This document shows, piece by piece, positions 1 through 11,030 of a stretch of DNA of 64,000 nucleotides. The translations under genes and the position numbers were made by a program. The notes beneath the pieces are model-generated. The model saw only the letters and a program-made list of their open reading frames with translations. It had not been told where the DNA came from and did no database searches. The number at the start of each line of letters is the position of its first letter. The first letter of the stretch is position 1. Origin of the DNA: Eledone cirrhosa (taxonomy: Eukaryota); contig OZ024742.1 of NCBI GenBank assembly GCA_964016885.1, positions 22,816,001 to 22,880,000 on the forward strand. The letters are read 5' to 3'.

Positions 1-156
1 AAAAAAAGGGGGGGGGGGGGAGGCTCAGATTGTTTTTTTCATATACGAGTGAAATTTGGTTGGTTGATGCAGTCACGTGAATAAGCACATCAACTTTCGC
101 GCCAGTTTGTGTTTGAGTTTCTTTTTACTTAAGAAAGTGGCTCAGCAAAGTTTTTT

Positions 157-896
157 TTAATAAATGTAATTTGATTGGTCTAAATAAACAGGTTTTGTGT
201 TTCGGATACCTAAATATGGAATGTTACGCGATGCCCCGGCGGACAGGATGGAGAAGGCGTTCGCGAGGAGGACGGCAAGGGAGACGCGCTTGAAAAGCCA
301 CTCCAACTCGCGGGTCTCACACCTGCAGCTGGCCAGCTCAGCGCCTATGGTGGTGAGTAGGGAGGTAGCCCTGGGGCCGAGGACACCAGAAGTCTCCACT
401 TCCAGGGGTACAACCGCAAACTTATCAGCGAGCGACCGGTATTTGATGAGCTTGGCATCCTCAGCCCGACGTGCAGCAGAACCTGGGTTAGTGGCAGACT
501 GCACCAGGTTGCGGCTGCAGAAAGTGTCGGTGCAAGAAGCTTCCCAGACGAGGGAATTGCCACCGCGGAACGGGAAGATGGTCATGCCATCTGGCCTTTT
601 GCCGTCCCCTCGGTCCAGCCCCACCGGCTCGAGCTGGGAAGGGAAGCCCGCAGCGTCCAAGCCATGCTTTATGACCTCGTTGAGGGCAGCATGGCGTGGA
701 AGGCGGCCGGCACTGTGGCGACAGGAAAACGAGTAGAGGCTGAAAGAGTCCACGGTGGATCCGCAGCGACATTAGTGTGGCTCGCAGATCCGGAGGGCGA
801 GCCTCAAGGAAACGCCGATGCGCAGGCTATTGTTGTCTAGCTGCGTGCCAGTGGAGAAGGAGGGCAGGGCATGGAGCCAGACACCACTGTGGGGTC
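157..896 (-). mobile_element. 3' fragment of a CRE-like non-LTR retrotransposon (zinc knuckle plus restriction-like endonuclease)
   Basis: The minus strand translates to HSGVWLHALPS..LDNNSLRIGVSLRL..C.CG..SC..RHAALN..EP..DGKRPDG..LVWEASC..K.IKY..VPLEVETSG, the C-terminal RLE pattern of CRE elements. There is an in-frame stop near 771. It is a GC-rich island in AT-rich flanks. Confidence 0.8.
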
Positions 897-899
897 TAA

Positions 900-3740
900 T
901 TGGTTATAAATGAAATTAATACTGTCACGTGAACAAGTAGATGAAATTTCGCGCCCGTATTTGGGATTTTTTTTTTTATTGTAGCCATTTAGAGAATGTT
1001 GTGCCAAACAAAAGATAATAGTCAAGAAAAAAGGGATGGGGAGAATTGTTCTGGCTCAGTGAGTATGGCTGATGTGCTAGGGTGTCAAAATTCAGACTTT
1101 CTATTAGAATAAGTAAAGTAGAGATATGTATTATTTGTGTGTGCGTGTGTGTGTGTAGGAAGATGATTCTATTAGTAGAAATGGGGGGAGGGAGTTATGT
1201 GTGTGTGTGTATGGGTGTTATATGTGTGTGTGTATGTGTATGTGGGAGTAAGGTTAACATGTTAAGATGGAGAGAATATATATTTGTGTGTGTGTGTGTG
1301 TGTGTAGGAAAATGAATCCATTAGTAGAAATGGAGGAGGGAGTTATGTGTGTGTGGGGGGGGGGGGGGGGTATGGTTAGCATGTTAAGGTGTTAGAATAT
1401 TAACGTATGTTAAGGTTTATTTAGTTCTGCTTTTTAGTTTCTAAAGTAGAAGGTGTTATGTGTGTGTGTGTCCGTGTGTGTATGTGTCTGTTTGGATGGT
1501 TAGCATGTTATGGTGTTGAAAGAATGTATATTAAACTATATCAAATGCTGGTATATATATTTTAATAAACATATTTTCCTTATTTATTCGTATTTGTTCT
1601 GTTGTATTGTTAGCGCAAAGATAAAATGGGAAGACTTGGAATTTGGGTGTCTTATCACTTGCGCATATGTCTAGATGTGCACTGAGTGGTATCTGTCTTG
1701 TGGTAGCGTCTCGTAATTGTTGGCGATGAATTGTCATTCTGTTTCTGAGTGTGAGTTTGGTTTGTCCCATATAATCTTCATTGCATCCTTTACATTTAAT
1801 GGCTTAAAGTAAATTTTTTGATGAGGAAGTGAAGTGATTTTTTACAACAAAGTTTTGGCCTCATTGAAATGTATACATGTTGCCTTCCATGAGGTAAGTG
1901 CAGGTTCCACAATTAGAGTGACCATATTTTTTGACAGTTGCTTGTGGGTTTGTGGTAGGTAATTTGGCATTGGTGAGTAATGTTTTTAGTGATTTCAGTT
2001 GTCTTTTGATTATTTTGTATATTTCAAGGGCTTTTTTTAATTCTTGGGTCTTGTTTCAATAGTGGGATGTTCTTGTGAATAATGTTGTAAGCTTCTGCAT
2101 TTCTTGGGTTGTGTGCTGAGATATATGATAGAATATTGGACGCAACTTGAATTTTTTTCTGTTTTCGTAATTCATCAATGCCTATTGCTTTAGCCCTTTC
2201 TATTCAATTATTTATTAGTAATGGTGGGTACTGTCGTTCGAGCAGAATTTACTTTAATCTTGGAGTCTTTTATTTCGCGTTTCATAATTGGAGACAATTG
2301 TGTAAATTCTTCTTGCTAGGTTAAAAGGGATGTTCATGTTCATTTGCTTTGGATGGTTGGAGATGAATAGCAGGTATTGTTTTGAATCTGTTGGTTTGTA
2401 GTGTATGTCAGTTTCAATATTTGTGTCTTTTTTATGATTAAGATGTCCAGAAATGGGAGTTGATCTTGTCTGTATTCCATTGTGAATTGGATGTGGTTAT
2501 TGATGCCGTTAATAAAATATTTGAAATAATTTAGTTGGTCGAGTGTGTGAGACCAAAAAAATAAGACAATCATCCAAGTAGCGTTTCCAATTCTCTGATA
2601 AATATTTGTGGAAGTTCAATCCGTATTTTGATTTGGACTGTTCATATATCTGGACTTCCAATTATGCCATGATTAAGTCAGTATAAGTTGGAGTGACTTT
2701 TGTACCCATCGCAGTCCCCGATATTTGCTTGTATGTACTGCCATCGAAATAAAAAAAGTTGTTCTGTAAAATAAATTTTTATCCCTCGGTGATGAAACTA
2801 TTTTATATTCTGTCAGGTATCTCATTGGGATATTTCTCTAGCCAGAATCCTATCGCCTCTAGTCCGTATTGGTGTGGGATCGTTGTGTAGAGATTTACTA
2901 CATCGAAAGTCACAATAATAGTGTCGTTGTTGACATGTTTGGGGAGGTGGTTTAAGAGGTCCAGATCGTCTCTTACAAGGCTTGGTATGTGTTTGAGAAT
3001 TGGCTTTAGTAGTATGTCTATAAAGTTGCTTAGTCTGTGTGTTTCACATTGTGGGCCCACTACAATTGGTCTTAATTTAAGATCAGAGGAGTATTGTGTG
3101 TTCACGCAGGTTGAGGTGGATTCTTTACAAGCATCATTAATTATTTTACACTTGTGGATCTCCGGACGTCCGTAAAGGATGCTGGTTTTGTATTCAAAAC
3201 GTGTTAAATAATCGAGTTCCTTTTTAGTTAAGTCTTCCTGGTATCGACAATTGAATGTGTTTAATCTGGTCATTGTTTTTGATTGCTGATAGTTTTTTTC
3301 TCTTTCATAGTAGTTAGTGTCTTGTAAGAGAGAGAACATAGAATTTGTATATTGTTCAGCATCTATAATGACAACAGTACTTCCCTTGTCCGCTTCCTTA
3401 ATTACAATGTATTGCTTTGTAGTTCATGGATAATCTCCCATTCCCTTCGACTCGTGTTGGGTTTGGGTTTAGGTTACGGTAGTTCATGGTATGGGAAAGT
3501 TGCTATTATTCCGTACAATTGATTGGTCGTTATTCTCCTCGTAAAAAAAAAATCCTCTGTGAGACGTAATTTTCTACAGAAGTGTGAGATATCGTCATTT
3601 ATCTCATTGAGGTTAGAGTATTGTGGTGTTGGTGTGGATTTCAGTCCTTTGGAGAGAATTTTAATTTGTTGGGGTGAGAAGTTTGTATTTGAAAGGTTGA
3701 TTATTTTACCTTTTGCAAAATCGGTTTGTGCCACCGGATA
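900..3740 (-). mobile_element. Decayed Penelope-like element (RT, Cys linker, GIY-YIG; Neptune-like)
   Basis: Fragmented ORFs 3474-3734 (NLS..LSKGL..TP), 2803-3339 (LRPIV, TFDVVNLYTTIPH), GTAMGTK near 2700, KRYLDD near 2575, 2340-2573 (LPFLDI) and IKCKGCNEDYMGQT..R..H at 1531-1800. Many frameshifts. Confidence 0.9.
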
Positions 3741-3991
3741 TATATATATATATCCGGTGGCACAAACCGAAAGTTAGCCAGGAATCGTTCAAATTCTTCC
3801 GAAGTTAACAAAGAACTTACTAGATCTACCAACTCATATTATTATAATATTATAATATTACAAATCAAATTATTTAGACTACAAGTGAAGTTATTCTTTT
3901 CCTTTTTTTCACATATATTATACTCTGCTCTGTAAGAGCATGAAGTGCTCAAACGGCCTACCGCATACGGACGCTTCAAGCATCCCACATC

Positions 3992-4072
<81 letters not shown>

Positions 4073-4310
4073 TACACTGGGGAGAGAGTTATCGTAAGAG
4101 TTAGAGTGAAAGAGGTGATAGTGTGAAAGAGACAGATGAAATAAGTACATGTCTCAAGAGGTCGACAAGTCGACCTCCTCACGGTTGGCCCTGGAAAATG
4201 ATCACTGATCTCTGATCGCTGATTAGACGTACAACAACAGCTGAGAGAGTAACAGTCTCATATACAAGAAGACGGAGAAGTAGACGGAGAAGAAGGAGGA
4301 GGAGGAGGTG

Positions 4311-4412
4311 AAGAAGAAGAAGAAGAAGAAGAAGAAGAAGAAGAAGAAGAAGAAGAAGAAGAAGAAGAAGAAGAAGAAGAAGAAGAAGAAGAAGAAGAAG
4401 AAGAAGAAGAAG
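4311..4412 (+). repeat. (GAA)n microsatellite
   Basis: Read directly from the sequence. Confidence 0.98.
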
Positions 4413-5043
4413 AGCGTAAGAGGGAAAGAATAACAGGAAAAACGACAGAGAAGGAAATGTGTCATAATATTACGAGAGAGAGAGAGAGAGAGAGAGATGA
4501 ACAAGAGAGATAGACACACACACTCACACACATATATATAGATAAATATGAGTGGGTGTATGTGTATATATATATAGAGAGAGAGATAAATATATATATA
4601 TATATATAGAGAGAGAGAAAGTGACTGAAAGAAAGAGAGAGCGAGAGAGATCTTAATGTGAGACGGAAATAGGTTAAAGAATGTTGAAACGGGGTCACAA
4701 AATCAAATAATAGAAAATTGATCATGTCTTCCCTATCACCGCTCACCGTGAAATTATTGTTGATTCTGTTTCGCCAAATTATATTTTTTCTCCTCAATTT
4801 ATTACAAAACGCGTGGGTTTCCTTTGAAAGACACGCACAAATATCTCTGTGTATGTGAAAAAGAGAACGGAATGACATGGCTATGGAGATGGTGGGAATT
4901 CATCGTTGTTGTAATTCTTAGAAAAGCTCAAAAACAACAAATCCGGCATCAAAAACAACAATAGCAATAATGAAGATAATGATAATAACAATAATCACGA
5001 TGATGATGATGATGATGATAATACTGATACTAATAACAACAAC

Positions 5044-5169
<126 letters not shown>

Positions 5170-5502
5170 TTTTTAACATATTTAAATCAATTGTGAAATA
5201 ACAATTCTTAGTACAAATGTTGCATAAAACATCCAGCTTGAGTCCCAAAAAAATTCGGATCCACAATATATTGTTATATCGCTCAAATATTCAATTTTGT
5301 ATTATACATTTTATATTCAAAAAGAAAATGGTTATAAATGGAAGAAAACATCCTCTGTCTACACTATATAGAACAGCCAAATAACAGCAATTTCACCAAC
5401 ATCAGAAACTAGATATACCACCTACCCCATCACCCCTCTGTGTACACTAAACACAACAGCCCGAAAACCGCAATTTCACCACCACCACCAATCTCAGCAA
5501 AA

Positions 5503-5693
5503 TAATAATTGTTTCTACTTTAGGCACAAGGCCAGCAATTACCCAGTGCATTACTGGTACTTTATTTTATCGACCCCGTAAGGATGAAAGGTAAAGTCAA
5601 CCTCGGCGGGATTTGAACTCAGATCGTAAAGGGACGTAACTATGCTGGAAAGCATGGCGTCTTACCCTCTACCGATACTGCCAATCCACCGCC
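5503..5693 (-). mobile_element. tRNA-derived SINE, family A (about 190 nt, ATT tail)
   Basis: A-box TGGCAGTATCGG, B-box GAGTTCAAATCC and body CCTTTCATCCTTACGGGGTCGATAAAATAAAGTACCAGT. Further copies lie near 14810-14980, 16060-16250, 19285-19470, 34735-35762, 37505-37915, 40285-40735, 42340-43120, 48952-49165, 51320-51900, 54500-54715 and 59350-59560. Confidence 0.9.
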
Positions 5694-6359
5694 CTCAGAA
5701 TAATAATAATAATTACTATTACTATTGCCTCAAGTTTTAGTTTTAACAAAATGTTTAATTTCAATATTATGGGTAAATGTCAACACATATACGCGACTAA
5801 CGATAATTTCACTAAAGATAATATCACCACCAATACCACCACCACTACGACGATGAAAACTCTGGTCAAGTCGACTCAAATTTCTACTCCAACTTCAACA
5901 CCATCACTACAGTAATACGACCACATCACCACCACCGCTGCCTCACTATCGCTACCGCCGCTATTCTCTCCCACTACCTCCTGCTAGTTGCTGCTAGCAC
6001 AGCACCGCCACCGCCGCTGCTGCCTCAATATCACTACCGCCGCTATTCTCTCCCGCTACCCCCTGCTACATTGTAGAATTCTCACTAAAAGAGGAAAACA
6101 TCGAAATATATAAATAGACTGAATTGATGACCCGGTCAAAATCAAAAAAATAAATAAATAAAAATCAAAAATCAAAATCAAAGCAGCACAGCAACAACGA
6201 AAAACGTAAAGGAAATAAAAATGAAGAGAAAAACAAACGGAAGGACAGAGAAGGGAAGGGAAAAACTAAGTCAGACATTCAAACACTATATTACAATGAA
6301 ACTTATGCTTATTCATTTTTGGTGTTTCTTCTGCCTGTTTGTTTGTTTGTTTGTTTGGG

Positions 6360-9300
6360 TTCGTCTACAGCGTGATAATGCCACACAAAAGTCACCTGGA
6401 GTGACGAAACCACCGGAGACAAGTAATTCACCGGTGGTTATGTAACCATACATTCGCCAATCCTCGATAAGAGTGTTTAAATGTCGAACCTAAACAGTTC
6501 GAATAACTAGAATGTCATGTGACAGACTCTCACCCAACAGGTGCTCCCTGGCTCAGCAGCAGGGACCTGGCTGTCAACCAAATACTGCTGGTGTCGGAGG
6601 AAGAAGAAGAAGGAAAGGGACCAGAACCAACTGGACGAAAGAATTGAATAGAACTCTTATGCAATGTTACCTGAAGAGTAACCCCAAGGAGAAAGGCTAT
6701 AGGAAAAGGATGCATAACATCTGGAACGAGATTGGTCCATTTAAATTAGATGAACAAAAACTGACCGGGCAGGCTCGGGTAATAAGAACTAATGGGTGGA
6801 TAAGCGAGCTGTAACTGGAGGAACTGGGCAGAGAGATTAGCTTGGAGATGGAGGGTGGAGTATGCCAGGCAAACGAGCCAGTGGGAAATGAAGGTGAAGA
6901 GGTCGAGAGAACGGAGGAACCACCCGAAACAGACAATGATCTGAATGCTGAGATAAATAATACCTGGAACAAAGATACGGCCACTGAGGAGATGAATGCT
7001 GACGGGCTACAAGATTTAGTAGATATCCTAAACTTAGTGGTAGATGAATTGAACAATGATAGTGGGAGACCTATGAACCTAAGATTTGTAGACAGGAAAA
7101 AGTTAAAAGAAACAACAGCGAAGGTAAACAAAGTCATCTCATACCTTGAGGCGAGGAGCCTTCACCAGTGCAACAATATCCTCAAAGCAACAGCAAATAC
7201 GGTGAGGAAACTACTTGGTATAAAAGCGAGAGGAAACAACAGACAAGAAAGAGCAGAGCCTTGGTGGAAGAAACGACTGAGTGGTTAAATTAGGGAAATG
7301 AGAAATGGCATTGGAAAGCTTGAGTCCCTACTGAATGGGACACTAAAAAACATAGACACTAAAAATAGACTGGAAATAAAGTACAAAACTAGGGTGAAAA
7401 AGCTAAATATTATCATAGAGGAACTGATGCAACGCATTGTAGCAAAGAGTGCAAAAATCAGGCGATACGAGAACAGAGTCAGTCAGTATAGACAGAACCG
7501 CATGTTCGACAACAACCAGAAGATGCTGTTTGGACAGCTTGAAGGGAAAGAAAGAGGCAACGACTGAGGCGGAACAAACTAAAACATTCTGGAGAGGAAT
7601 ATGGGAGCAGGATGTTAAACATAATGACCAGGCAGTGTGGATTGAGACAGTACAGAAGGAGATCAGTGAACAGGCACGCCAACAAACTGATTTGAGTATC
7701 ACAGTTGAAACTCTTAAGGGGCGGGCCAAAAAACTAACCAACTGGAAATCACCTGGCCCAGATGGTGTGCAGGGGTATTGGGTTAAAGACATAACATCCC
7801 TCCACCCGAAACTGACAACCATGTTCAATGACTGCTTGATATCAGGTGAGTTACCAGAGTGGTTGACAAAAGGTACCACAGTTCTGATAATGAAAGACCG
7901 AATCAAGGGTAATGATGTTACCAACTATAGACCTATCACATGTCTGTCCGTAATGTGGAAACTGTTGACAAGCATTATGTCTGAGGAAATCTACCATCAC
8001 CTCCACACAAACAACTTGTTACCGGACGAACAGAAAGGATGCCGAAAGAAGTCACGTGGTACAAAGGACCGGTTACTTATTGATAAGATGGTAATGAGGA
8101 ATTGCAAGAGGAGACACACTGGTCTTGCCATGGGATGGATAGACTACAAAAAGGCATTTGACATGGTGCCTCATTCTTGGATCACCAAAAGCCTGGAGAT
8201 CTTCAAGGTGGCAGATAACATCAGGCAGTTGTTGGGCAAAAGTATGAAGTCCTGGGAAACAGAGTTAACATCAACTGGAGAATCATTGGGAAACGTGAAG
8301 ATCAAGAGAGGTATCTTCCAGGGAGATAGTCTGTCACCTCTGTTGTTTGTCCTTGCCCTGATGCCCCTGACCAGTGTACTTCGAAAAGTGAGAGCAGGAT
8401 ACAGGTTGGGAAAGGGAGGGCTTACCATCAATCACCTCCTCTTCATGGACGATCTTAAGCTCTTCGGAAAGAGTGAGAAGGAGTTGGATGTGCTTGTTGA
8501 CACTGTCCGTATTTTCAGCAATGATATATGTATGCAATTTGGTATTAGTAAGTGTGGAGTCATTGTGATGAGGAGGGGTAAGTTGAGCAGAAGTAACGGA
8601 ATCTAGATACCAACAGGTGAGATGATAAAATAAATTGACTCTGAGGAAGGATACAAGTATTTGGGCGTTCTGGAGGCTGATGACATCATGAACAAAGAAA
8701 TGAAGGAATTGATAAGAACTGAATACCTTCGGAGAGTAAGGAGCGTATTAAAGTCACATCTGAACAGTAGGAATGCCATAAGTGCAGTAAATTCCCGAGC
8801 TGTGTCTATTATTAGGTACAGTGCGGGAATTCTGAGATGGAATGTTGCTGAACAAAAAGAAATGGATAGGAAGACTAGGAAGCTATTGACTATCCACAAT
8901 ATGTTCCACAAGAGGAGTGATGTCGATAGACTCTACTTAAGGAGATCTGAGGGTGGAAGAGGTCTTATCAGCATAGAGGACTGTGTTCAGATGGAGAAAA
9001 ACAACCTACACAAATACGTGACTGATAGTAAGGAGCCAATGCTCAGAACTGTACTGAAGGAGGGGACAATAGGCCAGGGATGTCCAAGGAGGAAATAACA
9101 CCAAGAAGAAAGAGCAGCCTTCAGGGAAAATCCCTTCATAGTACCTTCTTTGAGAAAACTGAATTTAGAGATCCACAGACATGGAACTGGTTGAAAAGAG
9201 GAGACCTTAAAAAGGCTACAGAAGGAATGTTAATGGCTCCGCAGGAGCAGGCCCTCAAAACGAAGTGGTTGAAACACCACATTTACAAGGAGGAGGCTAG

Positions 9301-9966
9301 CCCACTGTGCAGGATCTGTGGAGAGAGAGAGGAGACTGTGGCTCACATTGTATCCGAGTGTCAACACCTAGCTAGCCCAGACTCACTATAAGGGCTGGAG
9401 GCATGATGTGATGGGCAGGGTGATCCACTGGCACCTGTGCAAAGTAAAGAATTTACCACATTCTGAGAAGTGGTATGAGCATAAGCCAGAGGCGGTGATA
9501 GAAAACGATCAGGTGAGGGTGCTGTGGGATTTTAGGATACAGACGGACAAGAAACTGGAACACAATAGACCTGTCCTGGTGGTTTTGGACAAAGAAAAAA
9601 GATCATGCCTGATTGTGGATGTGGCCTGCCCATTCGACACGAGAGTGCAAGAGAAGGAGAGGGAGAAAATTAACCGATACCAGGACTTAAAGTGGGAGGT
9701 AAAAAGGATTTGGAACTGCCATGAAGTCAAAGTGATCCCGATTGTCATAGGCGCACTAGGGACTATCTCAAAAAGTTTCCAGGGATGGTTAAAGAAAATT
9801 GGCCCTTCACGCTTTTTGGAACACTTCAAAAGGCATGCTTGCTGGGAACAGCAAGAACCCTCCGATACGTCCTGAATATCTGAGGCTGCAGGTAGTGGCT
9901 TGATATTCATCTCAACAAACTTTCCAGTTAACTAACATCAATGACTGAGACTCAAAGAGTAATAAC

Positions 9967-9995
<29 letters not shown>
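6360..9995 (+). mobile_element. Near full-length, inactivated R4/Dong-like LINE (RT, CCHC, RLE) with (TAA)n tail
   Basis: Collinear ORF pieces 6512-9875 carry WKSPGPDG, NYRPITCL, EQKGC, WIDYKKAFD, GIFQGDSLSP, HLLFMDD, CRICGEREETVAHIVSEC and HNRP..IVDVACP. Stops occur at 6812, 7286, 8604 and 8631, with several frameshifts. The element ends in (TAA)n at 9960-9995. The 5' boundary is approximate. Confidence 0.92.
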
Positions 9996-9997
<2 letters not shown>

Positions 9998-11030
9998 TAT
10001 TTTCCCATGTTTGTTCTTCAAGGTGAGCTGTTTCTTTCATTTGTCTGTCTATCCATGGGGTATGTATGTTATGAACTTTTTCTTCGGCCCAGATCTTTTC
10101 CCAGAATTCTTGCACTTCCTCCTTGGGTGGTATTGATTTAGCAGTTATTGTTGACTTACCAATTTTTCTGTAGAAGTTTCTTTGGTTTTTTTGAACATAT
10201 TATTGTCCTTATAGAATCTAGATCGTTTTTCAAAGCGCCTTATACGAGCAGCTTTGGCCGACACTTTTTGCTTGATTGTTTCTATCAGCATGTCTATGTC
10301 ACATGTTGATCTTATACTGTACTTTTTTTTCAATATTCTAAGTTTAGTTTGTTTAACATGTTCACCTACTTTATAGTTTGTTAAAATTTCTATGTCAGAT
10401 CGGAGAAGGTTTATTTGGCGATTGATGTTATCTTGCCAAGTAGATTTCTTGTGGGAATTCCTTTGTTTTTTCATCTTCACTCCACATAAGTGAGTGGTGA
10501 CTTTAGCCGATGCATAATAGAGATGATTTAAGTCAGTAATGTTTAGTTTGTTTGTGATGATAATGTTTTTGAGAATTATGTTAGTCTTGTGTATTATCTT
10601 TTGGTTCTGTTTGGAGTTCTGGATCTTAGGGAGGGTGTCTCGTTGCCCCATGTCAGATTCTTTCATTTTCATCCATTCGATCATAATTTCATCCTTCAAG
10701 TTGGCAAGTTCATTCTCATTCATTTCTTTATCATTTACGATCTCATTATTTTCATTTGGAGTTTCATCCTGAGCATGCACTCCCTCCACTTTTTCGCTCC
10801 TTTCTTTAATTTGTTCTGTTGCCAGTGATTCCGCCCCAACCCTGGGATTCGAAGTGTTACAGTTTACCTCGTTTTCACTGACACATGCTTCATTTTCCCT
10901 TCGCTGACTTTGTGCTACTAGCTTGATCTGATCAATTTCTATATCAGTTAGTAACTTTTTTCTTACAATATTTCTTCGTATATTGGCTAGTTTGTTACTG
11001 TCAATATAGCCTCTGTTTTCGGGATGTTTT
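9996..11030 (-). mobile_element. Inverted 5' segment of a second R4/Dong-like LINE
   Basis: The minus strand encodes ..NKLANIRRNIVRKKLLTDIEI..SAKAARIRRFEKR..QEFWEKIW..TWENI, homologous to the pre-RT region of the 6360-9995 element. Confidence 0.88.
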
